Positions 12,801 through 24,320 of a stretch of 46,598 nucleotides of DNA are shown in pieces (the stretch's first letter is position 1; the number at the start of each line of letters is the position of its first letter). Location: positions 1 through 46,598 of the forward strand of contig CAJNYD010000221.1 in NCBI GenBank assembly GCA_905331295.1. The letters are read 5' to 3'. Source of the stretch: Rotaria socialis. Its lineage: Eukaryota. The notes under the pieces are model-generated. The model saw nothing but the letters and a program-made list of their open reading frames with translations. It searched no databases and was not told the DNA's origin. The position numbers and the translations under genes were made by a program.

Positions 12801-15800
12801 ATATCAACCATTTTTTTCGAGTAGCTTGCGATGAGTGTCAGTTATCGATGTCGAAGGTTCGGCATAGTATAGAGAATTGTCGGGTGCTGCTAAGGTGTGT
12901 AGCATTCATTGTGTTCGAGTAGGTTTCGCACGGATATTTGCAGATGAGCATTCTTTTGTTACCATCTTCTACCACATCTCTAAATAGACTATGGTGAAAT
13001 TGCACCACAATGTAGCCGGATAAGTGATGTTTACCCTGTATAATTCTTCGATTTTTTCACGCTGGCTCCGCAGTCGTACTTCAGTAGAAATTTTCTGAAA
13101 TATGGAAATCTTGTGGATAATACATATTAAAATGGTCTACATTTTCGTGTAATCTGTAAATAAATTTCTACAAAAATCTCTAGAAAAAGGAGCACAACAG
13201 AAAAATATTCATCTTTAAATATCTCGCAAAGTTTTTCTAAACTCAATTAATATTACATTGGTAGAAGTTCCAAATATTTTTCTATTTTATGGCGAAAACC
13301 TGAGCGTGATAGTTAGAAGCTATCGAAAGTTATTTAGAAAATGATGGTTGGTATGTAAAACCTATCTGACACTAGTAATAGAACTGTTACCAATTACCAG
13401 GTAATGGAAAAGAACATTTACCACGGATCAGTATTAAGCAACGGAAAATTTGCAAGTTTATGAAAAGAATAATATTTTACGGTAATAATGAATTTAGATG
13501 AAGTATAACCAAAGATTTTCGGATTCAAGGAATCCGAATCCAAAATTGGTTTCCCAGAATTTCACTCATTCATTTTACGATAGGTAACTAACATTTCAGA
13601 GAATCAATTAAATTTTATAAAGAAAAATCAAGTTGAGGTATTGTGAGAAACTGATTACATATGTAGCTTCTTTAAAGAGTTACTTTTTGATTCAATATTT
13701 TCTATTTAAAACAACATCATGACTACTGTAAATTCTCATACGTATAGGACGTAAAGGGTAACCATTTAGGGGGGGACGACAGTTCAGTTTTAGTTCCGAT
13801 CAAAAGAACTGTTCAGCCAGTTTCTTAGATCTGACCTGAATCGTTCGAACGAACCTTTAGATTTAATCTGAACTGTTCAAACAGATCATAGTAGATCCCA
13901 AAAGAGACGCATATATCGATATAGACATAATCACAGTATAGATCATAACAGTTATTAGATGTGTTCTGATCTGTTCAAACACTTCTTTCGCTCATTTAAT
14001 CAGAATTTGGACCTGAGAACTATTATACCAAGTAGTGTCACTGATGCTATGTGATAGAGTGAAGAAAAATAGATCTTCAAGGGACTCGAACTCACACCTT
14101 CCGTGGTCCAAGTAGATGTCATAACCATTTGGACTAGAAAAGCATCTTTAATCTTTGTTTGGCGTCAGAGTGACCTATCACTGACGCTAGCTGCTACTCA
14201 AAGAGACACAGCTATTTATACGGTAATAACTATTCAAAACAAAACAAAAGCTTATTAATACAGTCCTAACGGGACTGAATGTGAAGCTCAAATGCATTGT
14301 TTACAGTGACAGCTAATTCAGAATACATTTGGTGAAAATCTGTCGTAAAAATCTACCATGTTTTAAGACCTGTAATTAGAGCACTACTTACCCACGTCGA
14401 TCGTAAACGGCCGTTTACGATGACCTAAGCGACAGTTTAAGATGACGTAGCTGGTGGTATACGTCGAATTTAAGATCGTATATGCGCCGTATATTGTCAC
14501 ACCGTATAAGGCGTATCACTGTTCACTGCAAAAAAATAAACGTAGAATAATGAACGCTAAAGGGTTTATTGAAGTGCAAAGTATAATAAGCCCTTTTAAC
14601 CGTATGGGAAATCTTCATAAACCCTTGTAAAGAGTTTATTAGAGGGCTTCATAAAATTAGAAACCCTTTCAAATACCCTTCTAACGGGTTTCGGGAAACT
14701 TAATTTTAGCCAAAACTCATGTTCAATTTGAAGAGTCATTGAAGCAAATCTAATTGAGAAAAGTAGAAAAAATTAATTCAAATTTAAAAATATTTACTAC
14801 TTTTCAAGCTGTCCGATCAATACTAAAAGATACAAATTATTAGTTTAATTCAAATAATACTTACTGTTCATTTTGTTATTGCGACCAGTGATGCGATCGA
14901 CTCGTGTTTTTTTCGAACCGAACCGATCGATTTTTTAAAAATAAGGAATCGAACCGAATAAAATTTAAATGTCTTACATATCTCAGCAACATCAAAATAT
15001 TATTAGAGTATTTGCGTTTCTCTTAAAATGCAATTTTGAGTAANTCAATTAACTAATAAAACTCCTCCATGAAAATAAGAGACTGATACTTTAATATTTA
15101 CTTTAATGATATACGCGACGTTTATTTTAGTGTATATTTTTTTTTTTATTCATTTATTTATATATGGCGCAGGAGAAATTAATATTCAAGAGATTTTGAA
15201 TTTTTCCTAGTTAAAGTTACAATTTTAATTTCACTTAGTACAACTTAAAATTTCAATTTTGACTACATATTTTTTAGTAAAAACGAATGTTTAAATTTTT
15301 CCTGTAGGAGAATGCTAAATATTCCTGACTGAATAGTATCAATTTCATATTCCAATCTTTCTTGTAAGAATAATTAAAATATGTGTTACTTTCGGCAGAA
15401 TCGGTAGAAGACCAGAATAAAATAAAAATGTACACTAAAATAAACGTCGCGTATATCATTAAAGTAAATATTAAAGTATCAGTCTCTTATTTTCATGGAG
15501 GAGTTTTATTAGTTAATTGATAAACAAATTGAAGGCTTATGTTCCGAATTTTAAGAGAAGTTTTCTATAAAACTGCCATTATATGATAGTATAATATTGG
15601 CTCTACGAGATGACTAGGGAGATTCTCAGCTCAGATTCTGTGTGAATAAAAATTGGTGATCATAATGTTGAATATGAAGTAGAATATTATCATCTTGCTT
15701 TTACATACGAAAATTTGTATACAAAGCTCAATAAATGTCACGAAAGAATTGGTCATCACGAACTAGATAAGATTTGTAAAAAAATATGTAGTGTGAACAT

Positions 15801-18800
15801 TTAGTAGTGTGGTACTATATATCATTCATCGAAAAAGAAAATATGCTCAAGTGTGTACTTTACTCTTTGTATTTTTGACACATAAAAAGAATAGAGTTAA
15901 TATTAAATTTTCAGGAAAATTTCAAATTCTCCTGAATTTTAATTTCTCCTGCGATACATTCATATATATGAGTGAATTGCAACTTTTTGGTACGATTGAA
16001 TTTTAGCTGTATTTTTTGAATAACGTTTTTTCGCTTCAGCCGATTTGGACAATTTTTTTACAGGATAGTAGTCCCTAAGTGTCCCACTTCCATACAAAAT
16101 TTCAGCCCTCTATCTCATACTATAGGTGACTTATAAAAGATACATTGCAAAAAAAACGTCATTTTTTGATGGCATGTATCAGAAAAGAAAATAATTTTAG
16201 TATAACAAATTAAGAAGGAATAAACATGAATATCAAAGTTTGTTCATCGTTCATCATTGTATTAAAATATGTTATTGGTTTAAATTTTATTCATTCTCCA
16301 TTCACTTGTCTAACGTTCATATATTTAGACAGACACATATATTTTTGTGTAGAGCGACACAAATACTACTATAGCTTCTGCTGTGCTAGAGCTAGCGGCT
16401 TTCAGGCTATATGAAAAGAAAGAGGACTTTTCAAGTAACAAACTACAGAGAAAAGGTTTCTTTTTATCAATTGTATTTCTCATAAAAAATAGCAGAACTT
16501 CTGGAAAAAAGATCGTTATACTCACTTTGTAGAACGACATTTTGATAATTGTGCATTTTATAACTCCCGAAGAGTTACCTCATTTTGGCTGAAAGTTTTA
16601 CAGAAGATACAAAACAAAAAGTTCTACAAGTTATCAAAATTTCACTCATTGATCATGTACTGTTCAAGAGAAATTTACAATATACTGGAAAATGTAGAGC
16701 GACAATTTTTAGAAAAGTATGTAGAATGACAATTTCACGGCTCTATAACTCCTCAACAACTCATGCGATTCAGCTAAATTTTTTAATCAATATATAAAGT
16801 GGCAAGATCTATCATTGATAAAAATTTCAGCCCTCAATCATCTTCTGTTCTGCAGAAATTTACATTATACTGAGAGATGTAGAATGACAATTTTTCGCGA
16901 ATATTTTCAGTACGGCTCATCCAAAAATATTTTTTTGACGTAGTTACGTGAGAAGCGATTATAGAGTATCATTTGGGGAAAAAATGATGACCGCAAAAGC
17001 GAAAATGTTCAAGATGTTGACGATTTTTACGAAAAAATTTATTCAGCATAAACATAAAAAAGCGCACTATTCTCTAGCTTCCATTTTTCTTGAAAAATTC
17101 GTACCTAGCACGAATAAGGACATGATCCCAGATAGAATCGTCAACATGGTTCTCCAGAAAAATTTTTTTTCGAAATTGCCGTACTCCCCTTCAGGGTTTC
17201 AGGTGGATAGAAAAACAAATTTCATTTTTCGTGACAACTACATCGTCCATTCCATCTATGATCATGTACTGATTTCTGCTATATATAAATTTTGAACTTT
17301 CAAAGTGTGGTTGTTTTGGCATGTAGTCACCCACAAGTAGAAAAAATCATACATTTATAAAAGGGCCATATCTCCGTTAATAATCGATCAATTGTTGGGA
17401 AATTTGTTTTGTGTACTACTGGCATTGATTGTAATAAAATGCACTACTGAAAAATTGTATGGGTTCACTTTCATCTGTTCGCGTGAATTGTACCAAAGAG
17501 TTGCAATTCACTCATATATATTATTGTTATTAACATCTATTTTTAGGGTGTGGGCGTAGTGTTCCTATTAGAAACACTGGATGGATCTATGTTTTACTTG
17601 TTTTATTTCTCTAATAAGCAGAAAAAATCTATTGGTTGAAAATAAATAAATCGGTTTAAAAGACTTCGAACCGAACCGAACCGGACCGAAAAAGTTTTAA
17701 ACCGAACCGATCGCATCACTGATTGCGACTAACCTAAATAAAAGAAATTAAAAAGATGATTTGTTTTAAAATAATAATTACTTAGGATTTTGAATTTTAT
17801 ATTCAGCCAAAAAAATAAAAATATGATAATTATTTATGAAAAATTATACTAACGTTCGAATTCAAAGTTGAATTTCGATCTAAAAGAATAAAAATAACAA
17901 TTATTGAAAGAAAAAGTATACTTACTCGCGGTTTTGAATTTAAAATTGAACTAAAAGATTAAGAACAATAATTTTAATAAAAAATATTATTTTTACCGAT
18001 GATTTTCAATTTTCTCTGCTATCCAACTAAAAGACTGAAATAAAACAATAAGTATATATAAAAATTAATGCTTGGATTTGATCGGATTGCTTCGAAAAAT
18101 CTTTTTTGTAAAAAATTAAAATAACCCCCCCCCCCCCCTCAGATCTGAGTTGTCCCTTAAAAAGGTCCGTTTGAGCTGAAATTTTCAGGAATGACTAGTC
18201 TTTACTAGAAACAGTCGTGATAAAAATTTCAGCTCGATATATAGAACTGAACCGAAAATATGGCTGATTTACATACGAATTATGGCCACCAGGAAAATCC
18301 CTAAGGCTCTGCTAGTAGCAGAGCTATACAAGTCGCGCTTGTTTTAAATTAAACCCAGCGCCAATACGCAACTTTTGTCCGAACAGAATTTAAAAATTTG
18401 CTTTAGTTCGTGTTTTACAAGCATTTTACTCGGATAGGGGTCAAAATTTGGCTAAAAATGGTCACCTGTCGGTATGGAATCCGACTTTTCTCAGATCAGG
18501 AATCAAATATAAAAAATCTGATCGGACACGATTTTACTTACACTTCAAGCTTCAAAATAAAATAAAAATGACCTTAATATCTTAAAACGCTTGAAACTAG
18601 TTACAGTTTTTCTGACAAAAAATCTAGTTTTGAGAAAAACGATAAATAAGTTTAAGAATCATTTTTTATTGTTTAAACTTAAAAAAATGCGGAGAAAAGA
18701 TCTATTTGTTATATTTTTACACTGAACCTTTTCGGTGATGTTATGAATGATATCGACTCGCTCCATCTATAAATGATCTTTGCTATTAGCTCTATTCTTT

Positions 18801-19642
18801 CAACTGGCGCGCCTATACTTATGAAAAATGAGAGTTTTTAACCTATTAAACATAATCAAAATTGCTTTTAACCCTTTAAGTTGAATGGAATCGATAGAGC
18901 TATCATTTCTGCACATATTCATTGTATTTCCTCTTTCATAAACTGATTTCTTTAATTACAAAATAGCGATCTGTGAAGCAAGGTAAACACAAATCGTCGT
19001 CTGGTCGAGTACTGCCACTTATTTTATTCAGAGAACATTTTTATGGAAAACAAACCTCATATTCGTGATCAGCGTACTAAATAAGTTACGTCTAGATCAA
19101 ATTCTGGGAAAAAAAGAAAAACAAAATTTCATTTTCGGGAGGGTGACAAATAGGGCTATGACAATTCTCAGATCTAAGTTCCGATCAAATGAGCGAAAAA
19201 ACTGTTCAAACAGATCTTTAGATCTGATCTGATCTGTTCGAACAGTTCCGATCAGATCATGTGAACTGTATGAACAGTTCTTTTGAACGGAACTAGAACT
19301 GAACTGTCATACCCCTAGTGACGAAGGCACAATGATTTTACAAAAAAAAGAATAATTTTTTCCAAAACAAAGTTCACCGTTTTGTTTAGAATTTTATACT
19401 GATTCCAACTATGTAACTATTTTTTCAGAAAATAGTTCGGTCAAAAAATGACTTCTCTTTTCTCGAAAAACAAAACAGTACGGTTTAGTATTTTTTCGAT
19501 AAATCCCTTAAAATCGAACCTTTTTTAAAAAACCCATATATATTCTGAAAGAGGAGAATTTGAGTCATCTACCCATGATAAAAACTCAAACTTTAATTTT
19601 TTCGGAAAAATCGACTTTTTTAAAGGGGGGGGGGCTTAAAAG

Positions 19643-19690
<48 letters not shown>

Positions 19691-21953
19691 AAAAGCGGTT
19701 GATTCACAAAAATAATAATTGCATAGAATTTTTTAACCTACTAATGAAATTCTTCAAGATTTATGAATAAATACTAACATTTTTTTTTAAGAAGCCTCAC
19801 CTACATAAAACAAAGTTTCATTTGGTTTTTTAAGCTGATCTAATTAATAGAGAATGATAATCTTTTAATGTGAGATTACAAACTATTGCAACATAGAGAG
19901 AACTAAAGTTATACAGTCTGTTTTTCATTAATCTGTGTTTCTATTGTAAGATTTCCTATGTAATCAAAAAATATTTGATGAATAGTGTCATCAACCAGAA
20001 AAGTCAACATCATTTTGATATATCTGTATAACGTGTCCAATTTGAATTTTTTAGTGCAAAAAACAATTGTATGGAAGAGTGCAATAATAAACTCTTCACC
20101 GTAGATTCATAAACCCTTCCCCTTCAATTCTGGTGCAATGAACCGTTTTGGAGTTTCGGACAAAAACATAAACCCTTTAAGGGTTTATGAAATTTTTTTT
20201 CTAGTACTAGGGTTTATTATTCTACGCTTTTCTTACAGTGTGGTCGTTTACATATAAAATCCAGCCGTTACGGGTCTGTAAAATACAGCTGATACAGTCA
20301 GTGACTGTGGCGTATACCGCTGTAAAAAGGTCGTAACCCATCGTATCCTGTCAAACAACACAAGCGGAGTTTCAAAAACATTTCAGTAAATCATAATTTA
20401 TATTCAACACATATTGTGCTGCGCCAAACAAGAAAAATCACCTTATTAAGGACGCTTCGGAGAGCACCGTTGATGCAAGCGATCAATCGAGAGAAGTAAG
20501 AAATACCTATTCCTTGATTTCTGCTGTCCCATGACAAGAAGCTGGAAAAATCTGAAAAATGATACAAGCATCAAACAAGTACTATAGGAAAATGAAGAAC
20601 ATAAAAATATAGAAAAAAAATATAGAAAAGGACAACGGAGAAAAGAAAAATATCGATAGAAGAAACGTCGAAATTAATCATCTAGAAGAAAAATATTGAA
20701 TAGAAAGCAGGGTTTCGGTGTGGGTGTGGCTTCGAGTATAATAAGTGCGAAACAAGACACCCAGACCTACATAAAAGCAGACAAATGCTGAACGCCACTA
20801 TGCAACTGTCAATATTACACCAGTAGTTCATGCAACCAAATTTTATAGTTCCTCGTGAGCCAGGGCGTAAATGTGGCGATACTGAATAGAAAATGTACAC
20901 AAACCTATGCTTTGCTATATTACTGGATGGTTTCATTGCGATAGAAGAGACCTACTTGGGAATGAGTTTTAAAGTTATGAGATGAGCAAGGAGGATACCT
21001 ATGTCCGAGAAAGATATTTATTTCTATCGCGAAGACTAAAGATCTTTCAAGATACATTTAGATATCGAATCTTGAGATAATATCCAGTATATCGAAAATC
21101 CGAGTGCTTGAGATGTCTGCCACTCGAATGGGTGAGGGTGCAGAAATTGAATATATGACTGCCGTCAATATTACAATTAAAGATATATAATTTTACTTGG
21201 TGAGCCGTATGTTCATGTAAAACAGAGGACGAATATGGTGAACATGAACGCGGCGAACAACAAAGTCTACCATCATAGTTTCTGTTAGTGATAAGAATAC
21301 TAATTAATTTATTGCTGATAGTATCATTCGAATGAGTTTTCGTCCAGTCATTATGTTGTTTGTCTATGGTTTCTAGTAATCTTCGCAAATGATTTAGTGA
21401 TATCTCAGTGGATACCGAAAAAACGGTATGCCAAAAGTATGCAGATCATTTCACTGTTCACTTGAATGTGGTAGGAGGGAAGCAACTATGTGGTTCCATG
21501 ATAGAATTTCGATGTCACTTCGTATATGTATACTAAGCAGTTTTCACTATGTTCTTGTAGGTTGGACTTGATCCTACTGCCTACGACGATGTGGAAAATG
21601 ACACAGTATTTTTTACAAAGCTGTTCAATGAACAGTCGGTCTCTTGTTTACCAGCATCGGTGAGTGAGCACATGTCAATTACTATATTTAATTATTATTT
21701 AAAATGTATTTTGGGGCGTGAAAAGGTATTTGGTATGCCTAACTATTTCCGTTTGGTTCTGACGACGCCATACGATAAAACGCAAGAAGCGTGCGAGCGC
21801 ATCGTCGAATTCTGCCATGAACACAAGCAAATTACGAATCCAGATCAATTGCGTGCATCCAAAGACATTACACGATGGGAAGTGCGAGCTGAAGGTCTCG
21901 CACAATCAGAAGAGTCAATTCTACCATTTTATACAAATTCGAAAAGATATTAA
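9824..21953 (+). CDS. TAT: Tyrosine aminotransferase (PLP-dependent class I/II), 11 exons, 457 aa
   Basis: Exons 9824-9980, 10375-10479, 10540-10607, 10664-10822, 10878-10974, 11025-11119, 11169-11316, 11369-11502, 11555-11638, 21561-21659, 21726-21953. All introns are GT-AG and the exons sum to 1374 nt with no internal stop. Motifs [43 protein letters not shown] (PLP lysine), PGWRIGW, PQGAMY and EQSVSCLP are typical of animal TAT. Confidence 0.95.
12070..12350. mobile_element. Foldback MITE-like inverted repeat in TAT intron 9
   Basis: Imperfect ~70-bp arms ~12104-12175 vs ~12233-12306 (ataggtttaagaataaataggta...ctcaagaatgagaag), with ggaaattacg-type motifs around them. Confidence 0.6.
13767..14030. 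mobile_element. Degenerate copy of the TAGGGG hAT MITE family
   Basis: Shares agatcccaaaagagacgc.tatatcgatatagacat and gaactgttc/gatc motifs with 1638-1819; termini decayed. Confidence 0.7.
14071..14143 (-). pseudogene. tRNA-like sequence (tRNA pseudogene or tRNA-derived SINE head)
   Basis: Minus strand tagtccaaatggttatgac...gtgagttcgagtccc gives Pol III A-box- and B-box-like motifs at tRNA-like spacing; the acceptor and anticodon stems pair poorly. Confidence 0.45.
14886..17721. mobile_element. Non-autonomous hAT element
   Basis: TIR CAGTGATGCGATCG; perfect 8-bp TSD attgcgac (14878-14885, 17722-17729); subterminal AACCG repeats. Confidence 0.88.
15970..17513. mobile_element. Non-autonomous TIR element, GAG termini with ATAT flanks (Sola2-like)
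   Basis: TIR gagtgaattgcaact(t/c)tttggtac(g/a)att at both ends, flanked by atat on each side; superfamily inferred from the GRG terminus and 4-bp TSD. Confidence 0.7.
18080..19700. mobile_element. Inverted paralog of the repeat at 1-1320, with G/C homopolymer tracts near both ends
   Basis: Reverse-complement collinearity with 1-1320; interrupted by a MITE at 19151-19317; exact termini uncertain. Confidence 0.7.
19151..19317. mobile_element. TAGGG hAT MITE inserted in the 18080-19700 repeat
   Basis: TIR tagggctatgacaattc / gaactgtcataccccta; TSD gtgacaaa / gtgacgaa; the paralog has an empty site at ~281-300. Confidence 0.88.
20950..21390 (-). pseudogene. Possible degraded Penelope-like reverse transcriptase remnant
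   Basis: ORF segment [10 protein letters not shown]...[20 protein letters not shown] loosely resembles the PLE RT C-terminal region (LL...N..HPNIK.T.....FLD..I....G.L); highly decayed. Confidence 0.3.
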
Positions 21954-22045
21954 TGAGACTGTCTAAATCCATCAATCTCTATTCCTTGTTTCCGAATTTT
22001 TTCGGTTGCTTTTCTCAGTCTAAATTTACCGAAATAAAATATATA

Positions 22046-23362
22046 CAGTGAACGTCAAAATTATCCAACCACTTAATAAAAATGTTTTCTTCAATATTTC
22101 AGAGTAGAAATAAGCTAGAGACTTGCGACTTTCACCATAATGTAACCCATCATCTCTAGAATATGTTCGGTTAGACTTTAGGGGTCCACCCTGACAAAAG
22201 TTAATTTTTTACAGAAAAAAGGAAATGGATTTTTTTACTATGGGAAGATGTTCCCAATTTGCCTCTATCCAAATAAAAATAAGGTTTTAAAAAACATCCA
22301 GGTTAAACAACACTTTCGAAATCATTTCTTCAAACCTAGTACCACAGTTTTAGGCGGACAGGTATTTTTTATTTCGGGGGTTTCTCAAAACATGATTTTC
22401 TAACAGTAAAGCTGAAATAATTCTGGCTTGGCTCAAGCTTTGCCTGATGTTTTTATTTCATTTAAAAGGTCTCAACGAGACCTAACTTTGCATCGGACGG
22501 ATTTTCGATAATAGATTCCGGGACTAAAAAAAGTTCGATTTAGTGCGCGTTTTGTACCTAATTTGACAGTCATATCATATAAAATGATTATAAAAAAAGG
22601 AATACAGGCGAATTTCAAAATTCCGTCCGATGAAACGTTGCATATGGAGGCTTGCTTTAATTTGAAATCCACCCGACTTCGATAACTTTCACAGCCATGA
22701 AGTTATTTTGATTCTCGTGAAGTGGTCACAGATAGCGCCACTACCTAACAAAAATAATAATAAAAAAACATGAACTTTCACCCGTCAAAATGATCCAATC
22801 AGATATAATTTTTTTTCGAAATCAATGCTAATTATTGTTTATTCCTATTGAACTTGTTGCTAACGTCATCTGCGTTATGTATATTCGTTAGTGTGTTTGA
22901 AATAACTAGATACGTTGCCAAGAAAAAGTTTTCATAATGGCTCCTAAGAAGAAGAAGAAGAAGGAATATTACAATGATTTACGTGAAGTTGTTATTAAAC
23001 ATTATTTGAATGGCGATTCTGAGAGCGAAATAGCTCAGAAAACATTAATTTCACGTGATTCTGTTCATTACATGGTTGAAAAGTACAAATCGACTAAATG
23101 CATTGGTAATATAATTGGTCGAGGTCGAAAACGGAAAACAACAGCTCATACGGATCGTGTTATTCAACGCAAAATCAAAGTTGATCGTCGAAAATCAGCC
23201 TCAACTATCAAAGCTGAATTCAATATTGCTATTTCTGAAACAACAATTAGTCGAAGAGTTCATGAAATAGGCCTTTACGGTCGTGTTGCTCGCAAAGAGA
23301 CATATGCCAACAAAATCAATCATTGGAAATGTCCCGAGTATGCTCGAACATATCGCGAAAAG
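22046..23362 (+). mobile_element. 3'-truncated Tc1/mariner element
   Basis: TA + CAGTG left terminus (cagtgaacgtcaaaattatccaacc) followed by a Tc1 transposase N-terminus; no matching right TIR seen. Confidence 0.75.
22937..23362 (+). pseudogene. Tc1-family transposase, N-terminal paired-HTH part only (no DDE domain)
   Basis: EYYNDLREVVIKHYLNG...GRGRKRKTT...IKVDRRKSA...SETTISRRVHEIGLYGRVARK, a GRPR-like linker plus HTH_Tnp_Tc3_2-like region; the ORF then runs into unrelated sequence to 23494. Confidence 0.85.
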
Positions 23363-23585
23363 CAAGGAGGAAAACTCATTCGGGCATTCCTAGCCATTCC
23401 TAGCGATTCTTATACATTCCGATCCATTCCTACACTGAAAAAAAGGTATCATACGAAACTAAAAAAGGGTTTCGAGATTCGAAACGAATTCTGAACCATT
23501 TTTTAGTTTCGTACGAAAACTTTTTCTTGGCAACGTATCTAGTTATTTCAAACACACTAACGAATATACATAACGCAGATGACGN

Positions 23586-24320
23586 CCCACCCTATAATAG
23601 AAGCCCATCCGGAATAGAAGCCCAGTCTTGACTTTATAATTTTCCAATATAATAGAAGCCCACCCAGTGGAAAATTCTAGACTATATGAGATTATACTAA
23701 ATTAGATTATAATCTGGCATAATCTCTCATTTTTCAGTGAGCACTTAATTCGAAACATGTTCGTACAAAGACATGAAGAAAAGAAAGCACATTATTGACA
23801 GTAGTCAATTCTTTTAAATAAATATTCATATACGTCAATCTATTTCTTTCACATATATTATTTCGTTATACGATATTGTGCATTTTTGCTGCACAATAAA
23901 ATTGTGAAATGGGTAGAGTTTATCTTTGTAAAAACGTTCTGAAGCTTTTTGTAATAACAACCCGTGTTCTTAAAATCGCGAGAAAATTCCTGAAATTGTG
24001 ACTTTTCCTGGGAAAATCGCAATTTGTGTACTTTGTCGATAAAAATTGACGATTAATAACGGATAATTTGACGATTTGTTTTCGAAAAGCGTGATAAATC
24101 GCCAGAAGTGCGCCAATTCCGAGGAAATTGCAACACAGATTAGTAGAAATTTCAAAGATCAGGAAATTGATGAAATTCTATTTATCGTTGCTTTCTAACT
24201 TACATAAATCTCGCTCTACAAGATGAAAAAGCTGATCGTAATAGAAGCCCACCTTTAAACTCATAATTTTTCAAACAAATTAGAAGCCCACTGGGCTTTT
24301 ATTCTGTGGGGGGTTTAGTC
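23586..24320. mobile_element. Non-autonomous TIR element with AATAGAAGCCC motifs
   Basis: Five aatagaagccc/tagaagccc copies; right end gggcttttattctgtgggggg is an inverted match to the left cccaccctataatagaagccc. Confidence 0.55.

Larger units (their letters stand above)
14524..20240. mobile_element. Non-autonomous CACTG-terminus (CMC/CACTA-like) element hosting nested insertions
   Basis: Left cactgcaaaaaaataaacgtagaataatgaacgcta vs right tagggtttattattctacgcttttcttacagtg; subterminal aaaccct/agggttt repeats at both ends; appears to split an older cgta/tacg-rich MITE (~14390-14523 and ~20241-20350). Confidence 0.6.

Noticed and set aside
15045..15520. Near-perfect ~96-bp inverted repeat
   Set aside because: Starts immediately after the single N at 15044, the same artefact signature; no TSD
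16226..17295. Short ORFs inside the Sola2-like element
   Set aside because: No transposase motifs; chance ORFs in non-autonomous TE sequence
19625..19688. G-run followed by a ~46-nt C homopolymer (possible G-quadruplex)
   Set aside because: Homopolymer length is unreliable in assemblies, and it is part of a repeat family end
22864..23584. Perfect ~70-bp inverted repeat bracketing the Tc1 ORF (22864-22933 vs 23515-23584), mimicking a mini-transposon or invertible cassette
   Set aside because: The second arm abuts the N at 23585 and copies internal, not terminal, Tc1 sequence; probable contig-join artefact
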